Assembly (NCBI GenBank): GCA_030427705.1
Contig: JAUIBR010000002.1
Coordinates: 28,631 to 92,630 of the forward strand
Direction of reading: 5' to 3'
DNA length: 64,000 bases
DNA from: a bacterium
GTDB taxonomy: Bacteria; Myxococcota_A; Bradymonadia; Bradymonadales; Bradymonadaceae
In this document: positions 8,902 through 18,368 of the stretch, piece after piece
Numbering within the stretch: position 1 is the stretch's first letter
Layout of the letters: each line of letters opens with the position of its first letter
Made by a program: the position numbers and the translations under genes
The notes under the pieces: generated by a model
Seen by the model: the letters and a program-made list of their open reading frames with translations, nothing else
What the model was told of the DNA's origin: nothing
Database searches by the model: none

Positions 8902-11088
8902 CTACAGACGGCCCTCCAACTCGGCATCGATCATGATGTGACCATCGCGATAATCGATGGGCCTGACCTCGTTGAAATTCAGGACCAAGTTCGCCAATGG
9001 TGGGGCGAGGTTGCCCAATCCCGAAAGATCGAGCGCAGGCAATTCCAACGCGAGACCGTTCGAAACTGCATCGATAAGTTGTGGGTAGACGAGGCTCAAA
9101 ACGAGGTCCTCCAAGACACCCGGATTGAGGATCGTATCGTCATCCGATTTCGAGATTAGCCATGTTCGAATGACCGGTGTGTCTGAAACTTGGACGGTGA
9201 GCGCGTTGTCGACCAAGACGAGCTCCATGCCTGTCTCGATGAACACGCCATATTTTTCACGACTGCCAAGCAGCTCGACATCGAGCTCAACCTGTCCCAA
9301 CTGCACGACCAGCGCACCGTCCACGCCCTGCTTTGGTCCGCGGATGATGGGTGGAAGTTTGGCCGACAAATCTGCCCGCTCAACGTTCAGTGGGATTTGA
9401 TCTCGAGCATCCAGTTCTAGAACCCCAGCCGACCAGATCGTATGGAGCAACCCGTTGGCGAATGCACCCCGGAGACCTATCTGGATGCGGCTGGATTCGA
9501 ATAACGGAACCGTCCCTGTATCGCCTGGGTCAAGTGCGACGCCACGCGATGTCGGTCCAACGATATTGCCGTCAACCGAGCACTGGCCGGACATTTCCGC
9601 ATCGATCGCAGACCGGAACGTCGTTGTTAGGCTGTCGATCCCAAGATCCAGATTCAGTGTAACAGGCGTTCCCAAGCCAAGGTCCAGGTCCAGTGATTGA
9701 CCGCGAAGCGAAGTATCAAGCGTCGTGAACAGGTCTTGGATAAGCGCCGGCAGCTGGTCAACAAACGCGCCTTCGATCGCATCACGCAACAGGTCCTCTA
9801 GCGTCGTTCGAAGTACACTCTGGGCCAGCGTGAAAATGGCATTCGCCTCCGGCGCGACGAAGTTCGGTGTCACGGACTCAACCGCCAGCGCCAACTGGTC
9901 CAAGTTAACGACCACCGGAGCCGTCGGGCTGGCCTTCGATACCGATATCGATGCCAACGCGCTGAACTTCGCGTCGATGGAACCATCTAGGCTGATGACC
10001 TGTCCTTCAAGGTCGATACCGCCTTCTGTGACAGCCGTGAGTTCATCGATTTGGATGAACAGGTCCATTCCGGTATCCGTGATGTCCACCTCGATACGAG
10101 GCTTACCAGCGGTCACGGACGGCACCCTCAGCTGGAATCCGCTGGAGTTCACGACAGGGTCCGGAATCTGACTCTGCAGATCGACGTACGTAAGCAGGAG
10201 TTCAAGAACATCCGCGAGGTCTTTGGTAACGAATGTACCGTCTTGCTCACGCATCGTCTTGACGCCGTCGTCCATGAAGTTCTGCCCCAGTCTGAACACC
10301 AGGGCGCGTGGGTCCGAATAAAGGGGTTGAGTGTCCGAGACAGGCTCATACGAACCGGCCCAAATCACATCTAAGGCAGCGGTCGTCGTGGTGGCATTGA
10401 TGCCGTCCGTCGCTTGCAGTTCAATGTGGTTGATCCCGAATTCGGCCGGAACATCGACCGAGAACGCTCCATTATCCAGAGGGATCTCCTGCCCTTCCCT
10501 GAACAATCGAGGAACGCCGTTGGTATCGGACACCGTGCCTTCGACGGTGATAACTCCGCCGTTCGCGTCGAGCTGGTCACCCGGCATCGGTGCAGTGATT
10601 TCAATCGTTGGTGGATTGTCGTCGACGACGATGTAGTCGGTATCGCAAATCTGCTCGTCATCCAGACCAAGCAGCGTCGCGCAGACGGTAAACTCAATGC
10701 CGCCCTCTTCAATTAGCGTGAAGCGGCCTTCTGTTTCCGCAGGCATCGTCGCGGTTGGCGGGTCGATCGTTACCTCGAACCCAGCACCGTCAATCAACTC
10801 ACCCTGAATATCGTAGATCTGCACTTCGGGCAGCACGTTCAACCCGGTCGTGTACACCGAACGGCCGGGCGTGATGTCGACCGTGAGGTATTTAACGATT
10901 GGGCGAGGCGGCGGTGGAGGCTGGTTGTTGTTCTCGGGGGCTGGGCGCGTGTCGCCCCCCATATCGGCAACGTTGTTGACGTTATTGTCATTGTTCGAAC
11001 GCTGGGTGCTTGTGCTCTCGTCATCACCGCAGGCGGCCAAGACGAAAATCGCGATCAAAAATAGTATCTTGTTTTTCATCGTCTTCAC
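8902..11088 (-). CDS. large secreted lipoprotein with Ig-like (Big) region, hypothetical
   Basis: MKTMKNKILFLIAIFVLAACGDDES (lipobox), followed by an Asn/Pro-rich linker (NNDNNVNNV...NNNQPPPPPRP). It is a paralog of the upstream gene, with the same C-terminal architecture. The ATGA overlap at 11085..11088 indicates an operon. Confidence 0.75.
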   Translation of the reverse strand: MKTMKNKILFLIAIFVLAACGDDESTSTQRSNNDNNVNNVADMGGDTRPAPENNNQPPPPPRPIVKYLTVDITPGRSVYTTGLNVLPEVQIYDIQGELIDGAGFEVTIDPPTATMPAETEGRFTLIEEGGIEFTVCATLLGLDDEQICDTDYIVVDDNPPTIEITAPMPGDQLDANGGVITVEGTVSDTNGVPRLFREGQEIPLDNGAFSVDVPAEFGINHIELQATDGINATTTTAALDVIWAGSYEPVSDTQPLYSDPRALVFRLGQNFMDDGVKTMREQDGTFVTKDLADVLELLLTYVDLQSQIPDPVVNSSGFQLRVPSVTAGKPRIEVDITDTGMDLFIQIDELTAVTEGGIDLEGQVISLDGSIDAKFSALASISVSKASPTAPVVVNLDQLALAVESVTPNFVAPEANAIFTLAQSVLRTTLEDLLRDAIEGAFVDQLPALIQDLFTTLDTSLRGQSLDLDLGLGTPVTLNLDLGIDSLTTTFRSAIDAEMSGQCSVDGNIVGPTSRGVALDPGDTGTVPLFESSRIQIGLRGAFANGLLHTIWSAGVLELDARDQIPLNVERADLSAKLPPIIRGPKQGVDGALVVQLGQVELDVELLGSREKYGVFIETGMELVLVDNALTVQVSDTPVIRTWLISKSDDDTILNPGVLEDLVLSLVYPQLIDAVSNGLALELPALDLSGLGNLAPPLANLVLNFNEVRPIDYRDGHIMIDAELEGRL

Positions 11089-13868
11089 CGAATTCCAAAG
11101 TTGCCGCGCAAGACGAAATGTCTCGTAAACTGATAGAGCGTCGGGCTCACGATCCCCAACTCCTCACCCGCAGGTAGATTGTACTGCGCGAGCGATTGAG
11201 GAATCTCAAACGAGGGAATGGGTAGCGCCGGGAGCGAATCGTTCAGGGACGCATCGATAACAGCCTGCAACAGACCTTGCAGGAAGTTCTGCAGGATGGC
11301 TCGCGTCGACGCATCGAGCGAAGCCGCCGGCGTGCTGAAGTAAATCTGCTGCAATGTCACATTGCCAAACGACAGGTCATCGCCGACAAGCTGCACCGAC
11401 GTCTGCCCCACCCCGCCAAGTTTCAGCGGCAGCCCTGGCGCATCGAAGATACCCGGATAGATCAGATTCAGATTGATGGCACCGATGGTGAGCCTCGCCT
11501 GATTGCTTCCAACGAGCTCCACAACCGGCGGTAGGTCGGCATCGATCGTTGCCTGCGTTCCGGCCGGGAAGTTCCCGCCAAGCGTGCTGCCGTCGATGGT
11601 CGCCCGGAAGAATCCACCCTTCCATAAAGCGTGGAGCACCTGGTTGATGACGCTGATGTGAATTGCCACCACAGCTGAAGTCGTCGTGGTTGGATTGATG
11701 AGCACGAGGCCTGGTTGCCGCGCGACGCCCAGGGTCGGCGTGCCGACTGTCGTTGACGCTGGGAGGAATCGAGTCCCCAAACCAAACGTGGCCCTTGAGC
11801 CCAGAACTTGGATTGAAGAGAAGTCCAAACCAAAGTTGACTCGCACGGTTCCAGTGCCGTCCAGCTGCGGGATATTGAAGCTTGTTCCCAACGTCGATAC
11901 GTCGAGAGACGAGAACACATCGTCCAGAACCTGGTTGAAGCTGTCCTCGATGAAGTCGCGCATCGTGTCGCGAATCAGGTTGCGAATTGTGCCCTCGAAG
12001 AGGCCTTCGAGGATGTCGATGATGAGCCCACCAAAGCCTGGGAAGTCCAAGTTGATGTTTCCAACATTGACCGCGTTAACCTGACGCACTGACGCCGATG
12101 GTTGACCGTTCACAAGCCCCACATCGAGAGTGAGGTCGACCGAGATACTGTCCAGTTCGACATGTCCGGTTCCGTCGTAGAGCGTACTTTCTACGCGGGC
12201 TTCGAGGTCCAGATTTCGGGCGGTCGCGGTGGCCCTAAGTCCCCCAGGGACAAGGTCGAGACTACTGCTTTGTGGCCCGCCAATCGTGATGTTTCGGTAC
12301 ACGATAGATGACCGGAACACGCAGGCGCATGCGCCGAACACGCAGACTTGCTGGTCACAAGAATCGGGCTTCAGTGGATTTGCGGCGGTGAGCGCCGAGT
12401 GCAATTCATTGCGCAATCCGGATGAGTTCAACACGCGGTACAGCAAGTCATTCAAGCTGTCGATGTCACCAGTCGCGTTGTCATCAATTGCGCCTTGAAG
12501 CAGCTTGAGGCTGATGCTGTCATCCAGATAGCTGAAGGGCGAATCCCAATCATCTGATGCCAGGAACGCACAGGTCCGGCTGTTCTGCTCGCCGAACGTA
12601 TCCTCGGCGACGATTTCGACAAAGTTAATGCCCCAATCGACCAGAAGCGTGTTTGCGAATGAGCCGTCTGCCGAAACTGCGACGCCTGTGCCGTTTACGG
12701 TGACGCTCGAGACGCCGTTGGCGTCCCCAACGGACCCGTTGAAGGTCAAGGTTGAGCCGGGCGCAGCGTCGATCATCTGGCCGTCGAACGGCGTGTCGCA
12801 GTTGATATCAGGTCCATCTGAGTTGACCGTGAACGTGACTTCTTGCTGAAGCATCTGGCCCATGTTTGTCGCGTCCGTCACCGTCGCCTGGATGGTGTAG
12901 GTGCCCTCGGCCGTGTAGCGGAATCGGCCTTGTCCAAACGAATCCCCATTTGGAGTAGAGATGATGTTCACGCCGGCGTCAGGAATCACGTTCCCGAATT
13001 CATCGGTGACGGTATAAGACAGCGAGACCACCTGACCCACGGCGTAGACCGATTCATTGGGAATCAAGGAAATCGCAAGCGCGGCGGGCGCGCCCGGCAC
13101 GACCTCGACCAGCTCGCTCTCTTCAAGGGTTGCGCCAGAGACCGTGCAGCTGACCTCGTACACACCTGAGGTCGTGATGGTTGCTGCGAGCATGTCGATT
13201 GTCACGCCACTATCGCTCGGTGCGACGACAAGCTCGAACGTCGCATCTGAAACGTCGTTCCCGTACTCGTCAAACGCTCCGCACGTCGCCGACACCGTGT
13301 CGCCAGCAGCCATCTGGCTCAGGTCCAGCTCGGTCGTCACCTCGAAAACTGGCCCTGGAGCGATGGTGACCTCTTCGGGCGTCTCGTCCACCAACCCGAG
13401 GTCTGGCAGCGAGCAGCGCACTGTCGCAACGCCGGCCTGTACCGCAATCAAGGAGTCCATGTCGGTGATGATGGCGCCTTCCGGTGCAATATCGACCCGG
13501 CTATCCAAGCCCTCAGGCGTAAACGGCAGTCCCTCTTGGTCCAAGATCTGACAGGTGACAACGACCTCTTCACCCGCCGTCACCGTATTGGAAAGCACGG
13601 ATGTCTCGATGCCGACAGCGATGCGTGGAATGGGGATGTCAGGGACATCCAAGTCCATTCCCATGTCCGCTTCGCCGGTCATGTCCTCTTCGCCCGACAT
13701 ATCCTGTTCGACGTTGTTTTCGTTTCCGTCGTCAGGTTGCTCGCGGCGTGTGTCGATCTCGTCCTCACCGCCGCACGCGACGGTAAAGGCGCATAGAAAG
13801 CCAGCGAGAATCGCTTTCAATCTAAAATTTGGTCCCACAGGGCACCTCGGCTTGTGTGTGTTTTCCAC
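11085..13868 (-). CDS. large secreted lipoprotein with tandem Big_2-like Ig domains, hypothetical
   Basis: Lipobox (...FLCAFTVACGGEDE) and an acidic linker. Repeated beta-rich modules of about 90 aa (TVTCQILDQEG..., VSATCGAFDEYGN..., YEVSCTVSGATLEE...) are typical of bacterial Ig-like domains. Confidence 0.75.
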   Translation of the reverse strand: MENTHKPRCPVGPNFRLKAILAGFLCAFTVACGGEDEIDTRREQPDDGNENNVEQDMSGEEDMTGEADMGMDLDVPDIPIPRIAVGIETSVLSNTVTAGEEVVVTCQILDQEGLPFTPEGLDSRVDIAPEGAIITDMDSLIAVQAGVATVRCSLPDLGLVDETPEEVTIAPGPVFEVTTELDLSQMAAGDTVSATCGAFDEYGNDVSDATFELVVAPSDSGVTIDMLAATITTSGVYEVSCTVSGATLEESELVEVVPGAPAALAISLIPNESVYAVGQVVSLSYTVTDEFGNVIPDAGVNIISTPNGDSFGQGRFRYTAEGTYTIQATVTDATNMGQMLQQEVTFTVNSDGPDINCDTPFDGQMIDAAPGSTLTFNGSVGDANGVSSVTVNGTGVAVSADGSFANTLLVDWGINFVEIVAEDTFGEQNSRTCAFLASDDWDSPFSYLDDSISLKLLQGAIDDNATGDIDSLNDLLYRVLNSSGLRNELHSALTAANPLKPDSCDQQVCVFGACACVFRSSIVYRNITIGGPQSSSLDLVPGGLRATATARNLDLEARVESTLYDGTGHVELDSISVDLTLDVGLVNGQPSASVRQVNAVNVGNINLDFPGFGGLIIDILEGLFEGTIRNLIRDTMRDFIEDSFNQVLDDVFSSLDVSTLGTSFNIPQLDGTGTVRVNFGLDFSSIQVLGSRATFGLGTRFLPASTTVGTPTLGVARQPGLVLINPTTTTSAVVAIHISVINQVLHALWKGGFFRATIDGSTLGGNFPAGTQATIDADLPPVVELVGSNQARLTIGAINLNLIYPGIFDAPGLPLKLGGVGQTSVQLVGDDLSFGNVTLQQIYFSTPAASLDASTRAILQNFLQGLLQAVIDASLNDSLPALPIPSFEIPQSLAQYNLPAGEELGIVSPTLYQFTRHFVLRGNFGIR

Positions 13869-13917
13869 ATCTTACGCGGAGCGGAGGTGCGCAGCAAATC
13901 GGATTGTGGAAGGCTCG

Positions 13918-14754
13918 CTAGCCCAGAAAGTCGCGAACGACGGGAAGCACAACGTCGGGCTTTGCGAGGTGGAGATGGTGCCCGCCCTCTAACGTGACGA
14001 CGTCTAGTTCCTGGATGGCGTTCAGACGGCCGGTGATGGCGTCTTCGTCGTACCGAAGGCCGTCGCTCGCACGAATCACCAACGTTGGGCACTGGATCTT
14101 GGAGAGAAAGGAAAGAACCTGCGCTTCCGTGAATCGCAGGATAGAGCGGGCGTGTAGCCGCCCATCATGCCGAAAACTGTACCCGTCGCCGTTTGCAACG
14201 AGCGCACGCTCCATGAGTGGGGCAATGGAGTCTTCGCTCAGATCCGGGGACTGCTGCAGCCGTCGTTTGGTCGCCGCTTGCGCATCCGGATAAACGCTGC
14301 GTTCGCGTTTGGCCAGATTTCGCCCCTTCATCGCCATTCCCAAGTTGGCAGGCGCCTCTTCAGGGCTCGTTGTGAACGGACCGAGACCTTCGATCAGACA
14401 TAGCTTTTGGTAGCGCTCCGGCGCTGCACCCGCGGCCAACGCTTGCACACCCGCCCCCATAGAATGGCCAAGACCAATCACGGAGTCCAAGGACAGAGCG
14501 TCAAGCACGGCGAGTATATCGGCCACCCAATTGACGTAATGATACTCGGCGTTTGCGGGCCGGTGGTCGCTTAGCCCATGGCCAGGGAAATCCATCGCGA
14601 TGAGGCGATACTCGCCCAGTCCATCGCGAAACCCTGACCACGTTGCAGCGTTATCCAACCAGCCGTGGGTAGCCAAAACCGGCTGTCCATCTGGATCTCC
14701 AGATTCGATGCCACGAACGGTGATGCCACGGACTTCAAGCTCGAACGGTCTCAT
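13918..14754 (-). CDS. alpha/beta fold hydrolase
   Basis: HGWLDNAATW (oxyanion HG), GLGHSMGAG (nucleophile elbow GxSxG), and a C-terminal His region. Its start overlaps the transporter stop by 4 nt. Confidence 0.85.
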   Translation of the reverse strand: MRPFELEVRGITVRGIESGDPDGQPVLATHGWLDNAATWSGFRDGLGEYRLIAMDFPGHGLSDHRPANAEYHYVNWVADILAVLDALSLDSVIGLGHSMGAGVQALAAGAAPERYQKLCLIEGLGPFTTSPEEAPANLGMAMKGRNLAKRERSVYPDAQAATKRRLQQSPDLSEDSIAPLMERALVANGDGYSFRHDGRLHARSILRFTEAQVLSFLSKIQCPTLVIRASDGLRYDEDAITGRLNAIQELDVVTLEGGHHLHLAKPDVVLPVVRDFLG

Positions 14755-17051
14755 GACATCAGGTCCGCTTCACCAGAAGAGCACACAATCAGAGTCGTCG
14801 GCATGCCGTCGACCAACTCCGAGTATGCTGTGTGGAACCCTTCGGCCCGTTCATCAGAAGGCGGTTGGAAACCCAGGAATACGCAGTCCGCATCGCCAGA
14901 AGTCTCATGCAATGCGGTCTTGAAATCCGGAAAGTCGTCGCTGGCCACCAGGTGGTGGTCCGCCTCAATACGCGCGGCCGCGATGAGGTCGAGCAACTCC
15001 TTTTCCGCCTCATCTTTTGCTTCATCTGGCATCAACATGCGCAGGATTCGAATTCGCGAGCGGCGCCACTCCCAGTTCGACGTCAGAAGATACGCCAAGA
15101 TCACCATCAAAGATCCGTTCTCGCGACCACGCCACCAAACATCAATACGAGACGGCCCTTCTTCAGGAGGCAAACCCTCGTCGATGAGCACAATCTGACT
15201 CATCCCGAGCTCTTTAGAGAGCCGCAGATGTTTCGCAAACGGGACGGCGCGCTCCACACGATTTGGCCACCCAAGCATGACAAGGTTTGGCTTGAGCGGA
15301 CCGATAGAATGGACCTGAAGCAAGCTACTCATCCCGTCGTCAAATGAGGGCGAGACGATAATCTCGCTGTATGCGTTCAGGCCATTCGACTCGATATAGT
15401 CGTCCAGGTTCTTTCGCCCGGTTCGCTGCTTTTCGATGTTCTCGTGCACATCACCGACGATGACCTGCGAGAGTGTCACGATACCGCGGCCGCTCTCGAG
15501 CCAACTCGCATAGCTAGTCAACGTTAGGCGTGTTGCAGGGTTCCCAGTTAGGACGAGCGTGGTTGGTCGCCAATTCTTTGGGTGGGGAGGATGTCCAGCA
15601 AGTCGGCGCAGGTTGGACCGCACCCGCTCGTAGTAGAACCCGCGGCGAGCGTCTCCAAACGTTGTCTCCAGAACGCGTCGTGAGACGTAGAAAAAGACCA
15701 GAACGATGATGACCAGCGCAGCCGCAGCAGCGCCTGGATTGATGAGAATGGCGGCGCCAAAACAGCCGACACCACCCAGAAGCGCGGTCACCCAGTGGAA
15801 ATATCGGAAACGCGGTCGAAATGAGGGGTTCTTTGAGAACTGCTCAATGAACGCCGCCGCATTTGTCATTCCGTAGGTGAATAGGAAGAACATCGTCAGC
15901 AGTGATGCCACCGCATTGAGCGCCCCACCTTTTGCATCGTTGCCCGCAAACCAAAGCACCGCCAGCGTCATCGCAAAGGTCAGCCACAGACCGCGCCGCG
16001 GTTCGTCGCCCTTCTCGGTCCCCATCGCGAACGGAGCAAGCACAGGAAAGATATGGTCACGCGCAAGTGCCTGTAGGATGCGCGGCGCGCCCATGAGTGA
16101 GCCGATGGCGCTGGACAATGTGGCGGCGAACACGCCCGCAATCACGATGGCCGTGAACCCAAACAGCGATTGGTCCAACAGCGACCCATACGGGTCGCTG
16201 ATAAGCGCCTGACGAGATATCGAGCCACCCGTCACAATGATTTGGACCAGGTACACCAACGCACCGACGGCAATCGCGGCCAACGTGCCCTTCGGAATCG
16301 ATTTTTCAGGTTCCTTGAGGTCCCCGGACATGTTTACGCCAGCCATAATGCCCGTCACAGCTGGGAAAAAGACCGCGAAAATCGTCCAGAAGTCCTCGTC
16401 ATTGACGTAGAACGTGCTGGCGTTGGCCTGGAAAGTCTCGGGACTGAAGTTCAGTATTGAGCCAATCACGAACGAGACGATGGACCCAACAAGCACCGCC
16501 AGAATGAAGTACTGCGCGCGAATCGCCCAACCCGCCCCCACGTAGTTCATCGCAAAAAGGCCACACGACGTGATGACGCCAAGCAGGAGGAAATTCTCCT
16601 CGAACTGCGGGAACGTGACCGTCAACGCCTCAACGAAACCCAATACGTAGAACGGCACCGAAAACGCCTGCGCCAAAAAGAGCGCCAAACCAATTGCACC
16701 ACCAAACTCAGGCCCCAAAGAGCGAGAAATCAGGAAGTACGCGCCCCCACCCTTGACCTTCGTGTTCGTGGACACCGCCGAAATCGACAGGCCGGTGAAG
16801 AACGTAATCGACTTGGCGATAAGCAGGATAATCACCGCTTCCCAGATGCCCGCCTGACCGGTCACATAGCCGGTCCGCATGAACATGATGACACCCAGAA
16901 TTGTCAGGATGGACGGGGTGAACACCCCGCCAAAGGTGCCAAACTGGTTTTGGGACTTGTCACTCACCAAGGACGCTCTTGTTCGGTAGTCCGTATCGTT
17001 TAGCCGCAACCCTGCCCGCATTGCAACGCGGAACACGGGCTCTAGTCCCAA
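14751..17051 (-). CDS. APC-superfamily permease of the cation-chloride cotransporter (SLC12-like) type with C-terminal cytoplasmic domain
   Basis: FGTFGGVFTPSILTILGVIMFMRTGYVTGQAGIWEA closely resembles the KCC/NKCC TM1-TM2 signature. There are 12 predicted TM segments and then a C-terminal soluble domain of about 280 aa. Confidence 0.8.
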   Translation of the reverse strand: MGLEPVFRVAMRAGLRLNDTDYRTRASLVSDKSQNQFGTFGGVFTPSILTILGVIMFMRTGYVTGQAGIWEAVIILLIAKSITFFTGLSISAVSTNTKVKGGGAYFLISRSLGPEFGGAIGLALFLAQAFSVPFYVLGFVEALTVTFPQFEENFLLLGVITSCGLFAMNYVGAGWAIRAQYFILAVLVGSIVSFVIGSILNFSPETFQANASTFYVNDEDFWTIFAVFFPAVTGIMAGVNMSGDLKEPEKSIPKGTLAAIAVGALVYLVQIIVTGGSISRQALISDPYGSLLDQSLFGFTAIVIAGVFAATLSSAIGSLMGAPRILQALARDHIFPVLAPFAMGTEKGDEPRRGLWLTFAMTLAVLWFAGNDAKGGALNAVASLLTMFFLFTYGMTNAAAFIEQFSKNPSFRPRFRYFHWVTALLGGVGCFGAAILINPGAAAAALVIIVLVFFYVSRRVLETTFGDARRGFYYERVRSNLRRLAGHPPHPKNWRPTTLVLTGNPATRLTLTSYASWLESGRGIVTLSQVIVGDVHENIEKQRTGRKNLDDYIESNGLNAYSEIIVSPSFDDGMSSLLQVHSIGPLKPNLVMLGWPNRVERAVPFAKHLRLSKELGMSQIVLIDEGLPPEEGPSRIDVWWRGRENGSLMVILAYLLTSNWEWRRSRIRILRMLMPDEAKDEAEKELLDLIAAARIEADHHLVASDDFPDFKTALHETSGDADCVFLGFQPPSDERAEGFHTAYSELVDGMPTTLIVCSSGEADLMS

Positions 17052-17098
17052 TAAATTCCGCGATTTTCAAAAAAAGTTTGCTTTCAAGAAAAATGTTA

Positions 17099-17127
17099 TT
17101 GACATCGCAAGATCGCACCCTTAACTT
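17099..17127 (+). promoter_or_regulatory. sigma-70-like promoter candidate (TTGACA-17-TAACTT) in AT-rich intergenic region
   Basis: TTGACA at 17099..17104, a 17-nt spacer, TAACTT, and an A/T-rich UP-like stretch upstream. No downstream ORF; tandem terminators follow at 17288 and 17362. Confidence 0.25.
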
Positions 17128-17287
17128 CCTAACAGATCGCAAAGAAACCCTCGAAATATCAGGATGATCTCAGATCATTGCCTCTCGCGTTGGCTGCGGA
17201 TTTTGGATCAAATTTCAATGGTTTATGGCTTCGAGGGATCTTCGATCTAAGGCAAAGTGATCAAGGATGATCCGGCCACAATATTAA

Positions 17288-17336
17288 GACCCGTGTGAAA
17301 GAACCAAGGATGGTCATCTGCACACGGGTCTTTTTT
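17288..17336 (+). terminator. rho-independent terminator (stem GACCCGTGTG/CACACGGGTC plus T6)
   Basis: Perfect 10-bp inverted repeat with a 23-nt loop, followed by TTTTTT. Confidence 0.5.
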
Positions 17337-17361
17337 GTCCCCGAAGCCAAGAACCAAAAAA

Positions 17362-17385
17362 GCCCGGCCGATGAGCCGGGCTTTT
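17362..17385. terminator. bidirectional rho-independent terminator (AAAAAA-GCCCGGC-loop-GCCGGGC-TTTTT)
   Basis: GC-rich 7-bp stem flanked by an A-run and a T-run. It lies 22 nt after the stop of the minus-strand gene 17407..17763 and also faces plus-strand transcription. Confidence 0.7.
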
Positions 17386-17406
17386 TACGTGTATTGCCCT
17401 ACGACA

Positions 17407-17763
17407 CTATACGCCGTCGAATTTCGCCTTCGCATCCACATGCCCCATCGCCGCCGCAACCTCCCAGAGGCGCTGCGCAGCGGCCAAGTCCTGTGGAATC
17501 ACACGGCCCTCTTCCGCCCAACATCCAATCTCGTAGTAGGCGTGGCGAATCTCGGCATATGTAATCTTCTCGGATGCTTCCAAGAACTCCGTCGCATCGA
17601 TGGCTTCCTCAACCCCGCCATCGAGCGACAAAGCCAACCATTTGTAGGCTTTGAAGTACTCGCCGGTCTGTTGATACAGCCAACCAAGCTCAAACTGCGC
17701 TTTCGCATCTCCGCGTCGCGCTTGAACAAGCGTCGCTTCGATGCGTGCAACGAAATCCGTCAC
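17407..17763 (-). CDS. Sel1-like/TPR-like repeat protein, hypothetical
   Basis: AKAQFELGWLYQQTGEYFKAYKWLALSLDGG and a second similar helical repeat. A 2-nt gap after the FKBP gene indicates an operon. Confidence 0.55.
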   Translation of the reverse strand: MTDFVARIEATLVQARRGDAKAQFELGWLYQQTGEYFKAYKWLALSLDGGVEEAIDATEFLEASEKITYAEIRHAYYEIGCWAEEGRVIPQDLAAAQRLWEVAAAMGHVDAKAKFDGV

Positions 17764-17765
17764 CG

Positions 17766-18308
17766 CTACTCCTCGATCTTGATAAGCTCAACGTCGAACA
17801 CCAGCATGCCCGCGGGCTTACCTGGACGTCCTTTGTAGGCAAGGTCTTCAGGAATCCATAGCCGACGTTTTTCACCTTCGGCCATCGAACCCACACCCTG
17901 CTTCCATCCATCGATGACTTTGGTCAGCGGGAACGTGGCAGGCTCACCGCGCTCGACCGACGAATCAAAGCGCTCACCGTTGGTTAGCCAACCCGTGTAG
18001 TGTGCGGTCACTGTGCTGGTCGGCGTCGCGACCTTTGCACCTGCCGGTGCCGGGGTGAGAACTTTGTATGCCAATCCGGTTGCGGTCTTGGTCGCATCCT
18101 CAGGAATAGCCGCGACGTCTGCAGGTGGTGAGAGTGGGTCGTTCGGGTCGTGCTCAGCGACCGGTGTGACTGGCTCATCCGCAACTTCTACAGGCTCAGT
18201 CGGTGGCTCCGCTGGTACTTCAGCGGTCGCAACCGGTTTTTCTTCAGGAGCTTGGGCGCCACCGCAGCCCACCAAAAACAATGCCAAAATCAGGCTTCTT
18301 TTCCACAT
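17766..18308 (-). CDS. FKBP-type peptidyl-prolyl cis-trans isomerase lipoprotein
   Basis: Lipobox MWKRSLILALFLVGCGG, a Pro/Ala-rich linker, then the FKBP domain (HYTGWLTNGERFDSS...FPL..VIDGW..G...M..GEKRRLWIP..LAYG..G....IP..A.L.FDVELI). Confidence 0.85.
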   Translation of the reverse strand: MWKRSLILALFLVGCGGAQAPEEKPVATAEVPAEPPTEPVEVADEPVTPVAEHDPNDPLSPPADVAAIPEDATKTATGLAYKVLTPAPAGAKVATPTSTVTAHYTGWLTNGERFDSSVERGEPATFPLTKVIDGWKQGVGSMAEGEKRRLWIPEDLAYKGRPGKPAGMLVFDVELIKIEE

Positions 18309-18368
18309 AGGTCCGTATCCTCGATTTGAGTAATCGAGGCGGATTCTACTGATGAGCAGGCGACTCGT

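Noticed and set aside
18309-18368. Hairpin CCTCGATT-tgagt-AATCGAGG after the histidine kinase gene, considered as a terminator.
   Set aside because: No U-tract follows it on either strand. It may be a protein-binding dyad or nothing.
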